Assembly (NCBI RefSeq): GCF_006345805.1
Contig: NC_043009.1
Location: 11,036,001-11,100,000, forward strand
From: Octopus sinensis
Taxonomy: Eukaryota
Length of the DNA: 64,000 nt
Reading direction: 5' to 3'
Part shown: positions 11,791-24,788 of the stretch, in pieces
How positions within the stretch are numbered: the first letter of the stretch is position 1
How the letters are laid out: every line of letters begins with the position of its first letter
Notes under the pieces: model-generated
What the model was told of the DNA's origin: nothing
Seen by the model: only the letters and a program-made list of their open reading frames with translations
The model's database searches: none
Made by a program: the position numbers and the translations under genes

Positions 11791-12385
11791 TCTATCGAAG
11801 ACCCCGCTATGACTCGAGAAGATAAATTTGCCTGTTTTGTAGGTAACGTTGGCGGTGAACATGGCGTTTTAGATAAATAATGCTGTCGGTTGTATTCGCA
11901 GCGATGTAGGGTGCGTCTGGTGATTTATAAGAGTCATTGGCCAAACTCCGATCGACTGTTAATCTTCGGGTTAGGTTAGTTGATCAGTAATTTCCTTAAT
12001 ACGGAAATTTTCTGTATTTCTTTCCGCGGACAGTTGGTGGTAACAACTTGCACTCTCTCTCTCTATATATACAATAATTTATCTCTGAAATACTGGAAAA
12101 TTATCCAAATACGAAAATCTGGATATGGAGGCAGCTAGTACGTGCTAATTGTAAACAACATTCAGTATAAAGCGAGCGTCTTGAGTAAGGAACGCAACCA
12201 AATTACCCCCATTAAAATATGCACAAAAGCAAAAGTATTGTGCCATACCTAAAGTGTATGTGGAGTGCGCTTGGAAGTGGTGTGAAAGCAAGCGATAAAT
12301 ACAAAATTTTGTAATTTTACTATAAAAAAAACCGGCACACTTAGTTTTAAACAATGCGCTAACCAAGTCATGAATTTTTTTTTAA

Positions 12386-12396
12386 ATGGCGCCAAG
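12386..12396 (+). CDS. Candidate first coding micro-exon (ATG GCG CCA AG) followed by a strong donor
   Basis: tttaa ATGGCGCCAAG|GTGAGT in non-repetitive-looking sequence; no homology support. Confidence 0.2.
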
Positions 12397-13184
12397 GTGA
12401 GTTTGAAATATAGAAAATTGCAACAAATTCACCTTGAAGAAAATGAAATTTAAAAGCGTGGTAAATACAATGTCAAAGAAAGGGATAAGTTAAAGCTTGT
12501 AAGGAACTAATATGTTAAACCAAATACAGTACACAACCATTGAAAGAAAACATTAGTAAAGAATATTAGAGTTGCATTAGTTTAATACTTCAAAGAGAGC
12601 TAAGTGAAAAAGTCAGAGTGTAGGCATGACTACATTATCTATGCCATTAATAAGTTATAGTTATAATATTCTCAACAGGACGCTAAATGAATTTAGAAGA
12701 CTAGACAGAAGTCTAGTTTTAATAATTAATTAACAAACGAGACTGCTAATGGAGAATAATAACATTATGAACATCTACCATTACAAATTCAACATAGATC
12801 TATCACGAATACTGCAGAGTAGATGCTTGTTGCAAATAGAAAATTATTATAATATTCCAGTATACTCTAAAACTGGTAAATAGCCATTAATGAATAATGG
12901 AAAACTAATATGAATTACCACAATACTTTTAATAAGCAAAAAAATTACTTTTAACATAATGAAAGAGGAACTGAAGTACCAAATGGGAAGAAATGAAAAT
13001 CTCAAACAGACTAAATTCATATTGAATTCTGTTGGAAGCAGATCTATTAGAGTAAGCATTACCGGTGTCACTTTCTTAATGTATGTTTTCTTTATACTCT
13101 TATTAACTGCAGAATTTCTTCCGTGGGAACTTCTTTTAAGACGTCAAGTTTCTTAAAACACTGTGATATATATATATGTATATA

Positions 13185-13226
<42 letters not shown>

Positions 13227-13433
13227 ATATAAATATATGTATATATATATATAATATATTAAAAAATATCGTGACGTATTTTTGCCATTTCAATATGGCT
13301 AACCCCTAAGGGTGGATGCTACTGTAGTTTTTAGCCCCAGGAGGACACACTCCTCCAGCTGGCCATAGACACACTATCTGTGTCCTGTCAGTATTTGCAA
13401 GGGAAGTCATCCTTCCGTCTTCAACTTATGATA

Positions 13434-13478
13434 CACACGGACTCGAGTTTCGAGGTATTGACCTCTCGTCAGCGTGTG
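13434..13478 (-). ncRNA. Minimal type I hammerhead ribozyme motif
   Basis: CACACG-CUGACGA-GAGGU-CAAU-ACCUC-GAAAC-UCGA-GUC^CGUGUG on the minus strand. Confidence 0.85.
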
Positions 13479-13938
13479 ACAATCATAGTTGTCGCCGAGA
13501 ATTAGATTTCCTTCACAAATACTTATACTTTTTCCAGCGCCCACTGTCGCTGATACTGAAAAAGTGAAATCAAACAATGATAAATATCAAAGTGAGTTAT
13601 ATACAGTAGCGGTAACACATCGTGACGTATTTTTGCCATTTCAATATGGCTAACCCCTAAGGGTGGATGCTACTGTAGTTTTTAGCCCCAGGAGGACACA
13701 CTCCTCCAGCTGGCCATAGACACACTATCTGTGTCCTGTCAGTATTTGCAAAGGGAAGTCATCCTTCCCGTCTTCAAATGGCAAAAATACGTCACGATGT
13801 GTTACCGCTACTGTATATAACTCACTTTGATATTTATCATTGTTTGATTTCACTTTTTCAGTATCAGCGACAGTGGGCGCTGGAAAAAGTATAAGTATTT
13901 GTGAAGGAAATCTAATTCTCGGCGACAACTATGATTGT

Positions 13939-13983
13939 CACACGCTGACGAGAGGTCAATACCTCGAAACTCGAGTCCGTGTG
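13939..13983 (+). ncRNA. Minimal type I hammerhead ribozyme motif; predicted cleavage after 13977
   Basis: Intact CUGANGA and GAAA core; stem I CACACG/CGUGUG, stem II GAGGU/ACCUC, palindromic stem III ACUCGAGU, GUC triplet. Confidence 0.85.
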
Positions 13984-14199
13984 TATCATAAGTTGAAGAC
14001 GGGAAGGATGACTTCCCTTTGCAAATACTGACAGGACACAGATAGTGTGTCTATGGCCAGCTGGAGGAGTGTGTCCTCCTGGGGCTAAAAACTACAGTAG
14101 CATCCACCCTTAGGGGTTAGCCATATTGAAATGGCAAAAATACGTCACGATGTGTTACGCTACTGTATATAACTCACTTTGATATTTATCATTATATAA

Positions 14200-14251
<52 letters not shown>

Positions 14252-14417
14252 CGTGACGTATTTTTGCCATTTCAATATGGCTAACCCCTAAGGGTGGATG
14301 CTACTGTAGTTTTTAGCCCCAGGAGGACACACTCCTCCAGCTGGCCATAGACACACTATCTGTGTCCTGTCAGTATTTGCAAAGGGAAGTCATCCTTCCC
14401 GTCTTCAACTTATGATA

Positions 14418-14462
14418 CACACGGACTCGAGTTTCGAGGTATTGACCTCTCGTCAGCGTGTG
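14418..14462 (-). ncRNA. Minimal type I hammerhead ribozyme motif
   Basis: Identical to 13434-13478. Confidence 0.85.
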
Positions 14463-14921
14463 ACAATCATAGTTGTCGCCGAGAATTAGATTTCCTTCAC
14501 AAATACTTATACTTTTTCCAGCGCCCACTGTCGCTGATACTGAAAAAGTGAAATCAAACAATGATAAATATCAAAGTGAGTTATATACAGTAGCGGTAAC
14601 ACATCGTGACGTATTTTTGCCATTTCAATATGGCTAACCCCTAAGGGTGGATGCTACTGTAGTTTTTAGCCCCAGGAGGACACACTCCTCCAGCTGGCCA
14701 TAGACACACTATCTGTGTCCTGTCAGTATTTGCAAAGGGAAGTCATCCTTCCCGTCTTCAAATGGCAAAAATACGTCACGATGTGTTACGCTACTGTATA
14801 TAACTCACTTTGATATTTATCATTGTTTGATTTCACTTTTTCAGTATCAGCGACAGTGGGCGCTGGAAAAAGTATAAGTATTTGTGAAGGAAATCTAATT
14901 CTCGGCGACAACTATGATTGT

Positions 14922-14966
14922 CACACGCTGACGAGAGGTCAATACCTCGAAACTCGAGTCCGTGTG
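14922..14966 (+). ncRNA. Minimal type I hammerhead ribozyme motif; predicted cleavage after 14960
   Basis: Identical to 13939-13983. Confidence 0.85.
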
Positions 14967-15181
14967 TATCATAAGTTGAAGACGGGAAGGATGACTTCCT
15001 TTGCAAATACTGACAGGACACAGATAGTGTGTCTATGGCCAGCTGGAGGAGTGTGTCCTCCTGGGGCTAAAAACTACAGTAGCATCCACCCTTAGGGGTT
15101 AGCCATATTGAAATGGCAAAAATACGTCACGATGTGTTACCGCTACTGTATATAACTCACTTTGATATTTATCATTATATA

Positions 15182-15230
<49 letters not shown>

Positions 15231-15259
15231 TAAAATATATATATATATATATATATAAA

Positions 15260-15664
15260 CCGAGAAGTATAGTATTAAAAATCATCACGGTTGAGCTTAC
15301 CAAACGGTTTCGCGTAAAGAATACTATAGAGGGTTAGATAACAGTCCGATTATATAACTTTATGCTTATCCTAGTTAGCCGATATGGAAGGGAATGTGGC
15401 AGCTTCTCTATATTGTCGGTGGTGGATTATCACAATCGGTCAGCGGCTGCTGTGAAAAGAAGTGGTGAAACGAAAACGAGGTGACCGGTTGTGCTAATCC
15501 ACCCTGACAATAGAAAGCAATCGCCATATAACCATCCATATCGGCTAACTCTGATGAGTGTAAAGTTATATAATCAGATTGTTATGTAACATTCCATTGT
15601 ATTCTTTACGCGAAACCGATTGGCAAGATCAGCCGTGATGGATATTTAATACTATACTTTTCGG
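15260..15664. mobile_element. Foldback element/MITE with ~183-bp diverged inverted arms and a ~39-bp spacer
   Basis: 15260-15442 aligns to the reverse complement of 15482-15664 (shared blocks include cggtttcgcgtaaagaatac and agttagccgatatgga). Confidence 0.85.
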
Positions 15665-15747
15665 ATAATATATCCACTCTACTGACAGATATGCGAGTGC
15701 CCCTTTTCCCTCACTTATAGTCTCTTACACCATGCACGCACGCGTAG

Positions 15748-15794
<47 letters not shown>

Positions 15795-15828
15795 CGTGTG
15801 CGTGTGGGTGTTTGTGGGTTTTTATATA

Positions 15829-15864
<36 letters not shown>

Positions 15865-16457
15865 TGTATGTGTGTATGTATGCATGTATGTATCGAGTGT
15901 TTGTAGTGTTGTACTGATATTGTATATTGAGAAAAAGGAGGCAGTCAGAATTCTGGATAATTCTTTATGGGCACTTTCGTTCGTTTATCGAACACGTCAA
16001 AACAATATCAAAATGAATCGGATGCATTTGGGGTTTGTTTAGAAAAAGAGAAAAATATCTGGGGACAGAGAAAAGAAAACAGATGGAGGGAAAGTAGACA
16101 GAAAGAGGAAAATATAATAAAGGATGGGGAAAGAGTAGATAAATATACAGATAGAAAGACTGAAAGATAGATAGATAGATTGAAAGATAGATAAAGATAT
16201 ATATAGAGAGAGAGAGGGAAGAGAGGTTTCTTTTCAATCTGATATAGTCAAAATAATTTGAGGTCGGTACTGTTTATAATTCTCTCTATTCTCTATGTAC
16301 ATTTAATCAAACATCATAAATGAGTTTTGTATATTTAGCTGGAAGCCACTCTGTAGAATAGAAATTATATAACAAAGCAGGGCCGGCTTAGATATATTTT
16401 TGAGTATCTTTCATCCACGAAAGGATAAAAAGCAAAGTCGACGGAATTTGAACTTAG

Positions 16458-16506
16458 AATAATAATAATAATAATAAAATAATAATAATAAAATATAATA
16501 ATAATA

Positions 16507-16566
<60 letters not shown>

Positions 16567-16571
16567 TGATG

Positions 16572-16610
<39 letters not shown>

Positions 16611-17189
16611 TAATAATAATAATGACGATAATAATAATAATAACAACAACAACAACAACAATAATAATAACAATAATAATAATGATGATGATAATAATAA
16701 TAATAACAACAACAACAACAACAACAATAATAATTATAATAATAATAATAAAAATAATAATAATAACAACAACAATAATAATAATAATAATGATGATGAT
16801 AATAATAATAATATTAATAATAATAATAATAATAATAAAATAATAATAACAATAATAACAATAATGATAATAGAGAAAATATAATAATAACAATAATAAT
16901 AATAATGACGATAATAATAATAATAATAATAATAACAACACAACAACAACAATATAATAATAATAATAATAATGATGATGATAATAATAATATAACAACA
17001 ACACAACAACAACAATAATAATTATAATAATAATAATAAAATAATAATAACAACAACAACAATATAATAATAATAATGATGATGATATAATAATAATAAT
17101 AAATAATAATAATAATAATAAATAATAATAACAATAATAACAATAATGATAATAGAGAAAATAATAATAATAACAACAACAACAACAAC

Positions 17190-17239
<50 letters not shown>

Positions 17240-17243
17240 TATT
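16458..17243 (+). repeat. Long (AAT)n/(AAC)n array with ~283-bp higher-order duplication
   Basis: Marker motifs gacg (16624, 16907) and tagagaaa (16871, ~17153). Confidence 0.9.
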
Positions 17244-18168
17244 AATGATCAAACGCTAATCGCTACGAACTACAAAATAAAGCACTGGAACAAGTGATGT
17301 ACTGTTGATTACGTATTCGCATTCGGGACAAAGAAAGAAATAACTATTGATAAGATCAATTCTGGCTACCTAAAATATGCTAAAGATGTAATATATTCAT
17401 AAACACGTGCAACATTCTGGTAATTTCACGTTAAAAGTGAGAAAATGTGAAAACATTTACCAAAGCTGTATATGAAAATAAACCGGTTGTGATAAACTAG
17501 TGCACGCGTCTTCGGAATGAGAAATAAAACCGCCATACCATATCCGCGATATAGCGTGGAGCTTTTATTCCACATCCTGATATCAGTCAAACTTCAGAAT
17601 TGAAAGAAATGAATTGCAATAAATGCTTCGATTACCTCTGAGCGAAATAGTTCGAAAGTCTATCTTGAAATGGAAGTATGGAAATACACAACGTAGGGAA
17701 TGAGGAAAAAATTGGTACCAGTAATAATATTAGGAACTTCAAAGAAAACATAAAAAATTCTGATCATTACATAGCACTTCGAGGCACAAATCACTTGGTA
17801 AATTTTCTGCATTATTCACTCGGATAAAACAACTCATTCGATTCACAATAAGATAACAGAGATTCTACATAACCATTTCCTAATACTATTATACAATTCA
17901 CACATCAAATATATTTCACAATGGCCTTCTGATTCTATAAAACCTCTCATACCGTACATACGCAACAGAATCCTAATTCCATAACATATCGAACTTATAT
18001 ACCATATATTCTTCACAATAAACTCCGGAAACGCTAAAATAACGGGCAACACTTCAAAGAATATATATCACGAACACGAATTAGATGAACATAGAAACAC
18101 TATCCAAATTCACTAAAAAAATAAAAATCAATGAGTTACATACTCCGAGATTACCGGTTAGTAGTTAA

Positions 18169-18628
18169 TCTATGTCTATAAAACAGTCCTTGGACGTAAA
18201 TTGTATGCACATTTGGCTTTGACGGTTAATGGCGGTCAAACCGAGGCTAGGATCGAGCTGGAAATTGGCAGGGATACTAAATGTGTGGTGACGATGAGAC
18301 CCGCGATGGTTAAAATTCGCAAGCTATAAAGATGTGCTTGCTATTGCAAAAAGAGTGATTTTTTACCGATTCAAGGGAGCCCCTCTAGGTTTGTGCGAAT
18401 GGGTTTTAATGCCCGGCGGCATACACTGCAGGCTGTTGTGCTTAATATACATACTTTTTGTCGCGAAATTCCGGCTACTTGGAAACGATTTTTCATTGTG
18501 AAAACACGAGTACTTTTTGCCCTCATTTTCTTTTTAATTTTTAATAAAATTTTCGTTTTTTTTTTTAAATACTTCATCTTTAAAATGTGGCCCGCGTAGA
18601 CCCCGATGAAATCGGGTTATAATACTAG
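18169..18628 (+). mobile_element. Non-autonomous Helitron, 460 bp (second family)
   Basis: A|TCTATGTCTATAAAA at the 5' end; hairpin CCCGAT-GAA-ATCGGG (18602-18616), 8-nt spacer, CTAG|T at the 3' end; no TSD. Confidence 0.8.
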
Positions 18629-18901
18629 TATTACAATAAAAGCTAAAACGAACCAGCTGAATTTTTTCTCTCATTTCGGCATAAAGCTGGCAACTTTGGA
18701 AAGAATGGGTAAGTTGATTACACCAATCTCACTAATTCAGTCGTACTTTTATTTCATCGACCTTGAAATATTGAAAAAAAGCATGTCAACAGGAATTGAA
18801 CTGCAAACGTAAAATATCGGAAAATTAATCGTAACGACACTTCAATGAATATACCACCGCACCACATTGAAATTCATTTTTATAATAAAGGTACTTATTA
18901 A

Positions 18902-19029
18902 TTGTGTCTGGGGAGAGTCATTTTCTTTTTGTGCCTTTTAATGTAACACACTCACTAGTAAAATTTCCACTTATTTCTTATTTTTATTTTCCTAAAATTT
19001 TCGTTGCGTCTTGCAACTTTTTCAATAGT
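18902..19029. mobile_element. Truncated inverted copy of the 10343-10513 MITE
   Basis: Reverse complement of about 10378-10508; one TIR missing. Confidence 0.85.
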
Positions 19030-19249
19030 CCTGACTCATTATTAATCATTTTGGAGTATTTAACAGGTAAATTCATTTTAAAGATAGCAATTATTAAAGT
19101 CTACGTTGTCTAAAACACTCTTAAAAATTATAAGTTTAATACTTTATAGATGCGAATGTCAAGCTTATTGTATTATTAAATCTACAGTAAACTAATTTTA
19201 ATTCAGTGCCAGGTGGCATTTTAGCGTCTCTTTTGTATTTTCTCCCTCT

Positions 19250-19693
19250 TATAATTCGTAACGGAGACAACACGAACCAGAGGCTGTGAAAGAAAATGAG
19301 AATTACGAGATCTTGTTAGAGTTCTCCATTAAAACTTACCATATTATTGTGGCAAGAACACCAGACATGATTACAGAGCAGAAAATTTATCAACAATGTG
19401 AGATCACTGATATTGCTATTTCATATGAGGGAAGAGTCTATACCAAAGCAATTTTTAAAAAAGTGAGAAATATCAGATGCAGCCAGAAAACTGAGGATAA
19501 AGGCAACATTCCGGTAGTAACTGATGCGATTGGCACCGTAATCAAAATGCTGCGTAAAACACTGAAAGAAATTGGAATGGGGAAACGCGTTGCCGACCTG
19601 CAGAAATGTACAATTCTATATTCTGCAAGAATACTAAGGAAGATTCTTGATATTTGTGTCTCGAAACCTCAAGGTACAATAGCTGCCAAGTAA
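19250..19693 (+). pseudogene. R4/Dong-type 3' end, old copy
   Basis: HEPEAVKENENYEILLEFSIKT...ARTPD...IPVV..AIG...LQK..IL.SARILRKILD, followed by (AAT)n. Confidence 0.85.
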
Positions 19694-19730
19694 ATGTGCA
19701 TGCACTAGAGTAATAATAATAGTAATGATG

Positions 19731-20491
<761 letters not shown>

Positions 20492-20548
20492 ACAACAACA
20501 ATAACAACAGCAACAACAACAGCAGCAACAACAACAACAACAACAACC

Positions 20549-20589
<41 letters not shown>

Positions 20590-20805
20590 CTACTAACATG
20601 GCTCAATCAGATTCCTACAAATGTAAAGATAGAACACCTACAGAAATCAGCATTGTTTGGAGCTGCAAGAATTCTTCACAAAGTTCTTGAAGCATGACCA
20701 GTAAACAAGTGTCACCTTTGTCTGCTGATAGTGGACAGCTGACACTTTCCCTCATACCCAGCAAGATAAGCTGAGGGTTTTCATCAAACAACAACAACAA
20801 CAACA
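20590..20805 (+). pseudogene. R4/Dong-type extreme 3' end (third subfamily) with (AAC)n tail
   Basis: WLNQIPTNVKIEHLQKSALFGAARILHKVLEA* plus a short UTR. Confidence 0.8.
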
Positions 20806-21794
20806 ATGATAATAGCCATATTATTGTCGACAGAGATCATTCCCTCCAATGATGATAATTATTTCCTGTTGAAATTCACATCGAAAGCAGAACCAGTGAA
20901 GGAACCTCTGACTTGCATTTCGACCTGCTGGTAATAGCATGCAAATCCTTGCTTAAAATCACACTGCTGCGTAGTTTGAAAGAAGAAAGACAAAAGACAG
21001 GGAGGAAGTTGTTAATGCAGTCTTCAATAAACTGCGCCTCAAAAGATAGATAGTCACGAATGCAATACACTTGATAAGAGGGTTGTTCGATCAAAGCTGA
21101 CCTACGTTGAATAAGCAGCAATAACTGGTAATCTTTTTGTCGTTCCAATATTTTCATTACATCAACATATACTAAATCAATGAAAATCAACTAAATATAT
21201 CTTGTTCGAATATCGGCGGAGAGATATAATAAAAATCGACGCGACATTTATGGTGGTTCTCATCAATATGTTTTATTTTACGAATCGATTCCTTGGTCAA
21301 CAAATATTGTTGAAAGAAAACCTCGTGGCCATAATTATGTGCCCTTAAGAAGATCAAATTATGATTAAACGATATTAAAAGCGCATAAGCTTTTTTCAAA
21401 TTTCAGATTAAACATTTATCTGTGACAGCAATGATTCAAAATCATGTTTCAACGTCTATTTTGGTCTTTATTCTCTATAATGGCTTCTCTGACTAATAAA
21501 AATATAGACATCAGTTTTTTAATCTCTCTTTTTTTTCTCGATTTTTTTTTACTCAGTACCAATCTGACTGCTGCATAATGTTTGTATGTATGTGTGTATC
21601 TACGTATATCTTATGGATGTATGCTTGTGTATGCATAAATTAATATATTTCTGCTATCTGCCTGTCTGCCTGTCTGCCTGTCTGCTTGTCTGCTTGTCTG
21701 CTTGTCTGCCTGCCTGTCTGTCTGTTTGGGTCTATATATGAATATCTCTCGAACTATCAGCCAATCTTTCTATTTGTTTATTCCCATGTATGCA

Positions 21795-21828
21795 TGCATT
21801 CATATGTACATATACATACATACATACA

Positions 21829-21862
<34 letters not shown>

Positions 21863-22031
21863 CATACATACATACATGTATATGCGTATATATATTTAAG
21901 CATATTGTCATATAAGTATATTTATATGCATATATATATATATATATACACACATATATATATTTATATGCATATATATATATATATTATATATATATAT
22001 ATACATATATATATTTATATGCATATATATA

Positions 22032-22073
<42 letters not shown>

Positions 22074-22162
22074 GCATGTATATATATATATATATATATA
22101 TACATATATATATACATATATATGTATATATATATATATATGCATGTATATATATATATATA
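21795..22162. repeat. (CATA)n/(TA)n microsatellite
   Basis: Direct inspection. Confidence 0.95.
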
Positions 22163-22445
22163 TGATGTGTTTGTGGGGCGTAGGTGTGTGATTGTGTCTG
22201 TATATGTGTGATTGTACAAGTGTGAAGTAGGGCGCATAACCATGCATACACAAACGTATGTTGTTTGGGGAAAATATGCCTAAGTAATGTAACAAAAAAA
22301 GGGGAAAAAAGCTGATGAAGGCTGAACTATTGCTATTAGTGGGAAATGGAGACAAAAACTGCAGTAAGTTATTTACTGAAAGGGATTGCAAGTAAATTTA
22401 CTTTATCGCAAGTTCACTAATGGATGACTTATTCTCAATTTGATC

Positions 22446-22533
22446 TTAACGTTGTGTAACAACAACACCGACGACGACGACGACGACAACAACAGCATAA
22501 TTCTAGAACTGAAATAATAGTAATAATAATAAT

Positions 22534-22566
<33 letters not shown>

Positions 22567-22588
22567 AATAATAATAATAATAATAATA

Positions 22589-22629
<41 letters not shown>

Positions 22630-23095
22630 CAGAAGTAGAAGAAGAAGAAGAAGAAGAAGAAGAAGAACAACAACAACAACAACAACAACAACAGCAGCAA
22701 CAACAATAACAACAACAACAACATAATTATAGAACTGAAATAATAATAATAATAATAATAATGATAATAATAATAATAATAATACGAAGAAGAAGAAGCA
22801 GGAGGAGGAGGAGGAGGAGGAGGAGGAGAAGAAGAAGAAGAACAAGAAGAACAAGAACAAGAACAACAACAACAACAACAGCAACAACAATAACAACAAC
22901 AACATAATTCTAGAACTGAAATAATAATAATAATAATAATAATAATGATAATAATAATAATAATAATAATACGAAGAAGAAGAAAAAGGGGAGGAGGAGG
23001 AGGAGAAGAAGAAGAAGAAGAAGAAGAAGAACAGCAACAACAATAACAGCAACAGCAACAACAACAACAATCATAATAATAACAACTGCAGCAAT
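22446..23095 (+). repeat. Compound trinucleotide array (AAC/AAT/GAA/GGA) with internal triplication
   Basis: Marker agaactgaaataat at 22505, 22731 and 22912; (AAT)n flips to (TTA)n near 22590. Confidence 0.9.
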
Positions 23096-24373
23096 AACAG
23101 TATCAACGTTTGTAATATACAACGTAAAAAAATGTGAAAAAATTAACACATAAAAAGAAAGTAAAAGCCTTTAGCGGATTGAATTATATCAATAAAATGG
23201 ATTATTTCTTTACATTCTGTTGCTCTACATTCATATGCAAGTTTGCCACTTTATGTAGAACATGTTTTTTTCCCTGTTTCCTTATTTCACTTTCCTTTTA
23301 TTCACAAAAGAGTTTGGATGATGCTAATAACTTTAGATCCTGGAAAACAAGCGTTGTTTTAGCGAAATGCCTTCGCGTATCTGACATATTCTTTGAATTA
23401 TTTCATACGTTTAACATTTATCATTTATTTGACAGTTAAATCTACATTGCAACAAGATGTTTTATCCATAATATGAAGTGCAAGTTGATCAAAATTGCAG
23501 TTGACGGATCGTACTTTTACACAGGAGGCATTTTTATTTTTGTTAATCTACTCAAAACCCTGTCAAATACGTATTTCTTCATATTAATATTTTCATGTAT
23601 TACCATTATTCCGTATAGAACATTTCTATTCTCTCTGCCTTGGTGTTAATTCAAAAATTGCGACAAAATCTGAAAATGCGTTACAGCATAGTTATTTGTT
23701 ACAGTGAAATATTTCAGCTATATTGTGATAATATGAAATTTATTTTATATTAAATTATTATAGACATTCCACAGTACTTTTCAATATTAAAAAAAGCTCA
23801 CTTGTGTTAATCCTAAATGATCATAGATTGGATGACTAGATATTCTCACAAAGAAAAATGATGAAACATCGATAAGCGAAATATTGATTTTTTAAAGAAT
23901 TTGTACAATGCCATACATTTGAAAGCGGTTACAGTAGTTAAAATCGATCTTTGTATTTGACTGGTATTTCATTTTATTGCAGGAGGGAGGTTGACTTCGG
24001 TGAAATTACGGTCACAGCAAAATACCACATGGCATTTTCTCGGCACTCTAAGGAATTTCCCTCCCTGTAAGATGAGAAAATACAAATAATTCTGATACAT
24101 TACACGGCATAGACTTTATAGAAACAAGCGGTTGCATCCATTATCATCTACAACCGCATGACACTATATCAGCATATCCTTGTTTTACTGTTGTTTCATA
24201 TCGTTGACACTGTTCTCGTGTTGAAATATTATAAAACATGTTTTGCAGCATTTATTAAAATTCACTACAGTATTGCAATCATACTGTAATCGGTAGTAAC
24301 CGTTGTACCTCTGACCATTTATTGACTCATAAGAGAGTACTTTGTTCCGAACCATTTTATTATTATTATTTTA

Positions 24374-24571
24374 TTCCTTTACTTGTTTCAGTCATTTGAC
24401 TGCAGCCATGCTGGAGCACCACCGCCTTTAGTCGAATAAAGTCACCCTAGGACTTATTCTTTGTAAGCCTAGTACTTATTCTATCGGTCTCTTTTCCCGA
24501 ACCATTAAATTACGGAGACATAAACACACCAATATCGGTTGTCAAGCGATATTGGGGGACAAGCAAGACAC

Positions 24572-24655
<84 letters not shown>

Positions 24656-24788
24656 GAGAGGTTTCTTTCAGTTTCCATCTACCGAATCCACTCTACTCAC
24701 AAGGTTTTGGTCTACTCGAGAGGCTATAGTAGACGACACTTGTCCAGGTGCCACGCAGTGGGACTGAACTCGGAACCATGTGGTTAAG
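24374..24788 (-). mobile_element. Family C (CORE-like) SINE
   Basis: Reverse complement of the 5005-5409 family, with internal CA/TA microsatellite. Confidence 0.88.

Larger units (their letters stand above)
13268..15176. mobile_element. Retrozyme-like or Penelope-terminal-repeat array: 353-bp hammerhead-bearing unit in tandem plus inverted arrangement, block duplicated
   Basis: Unit 13268-13618, partial unit 13619-13777, inverted arm 13776-14193; repeated as 14250-14602, 14603-14762, 14760-15176; bounded by (TA)n tracts. Confidence 0.85.

Noticed and set aside
13840-15095. Repeated 63-90 aa ORF MFDFTFSVSATVGAGKS...
   Set aside because: Lies inside the non-coding hammerhead unit; TTG start, no recognisable domain; the GAGKS resemblance to a P-loop is too short to support
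13268-15176. CRISPR-like repeat array
   Set aside because: Units are 353 bp with no unique spacers and the context is eukaryotic
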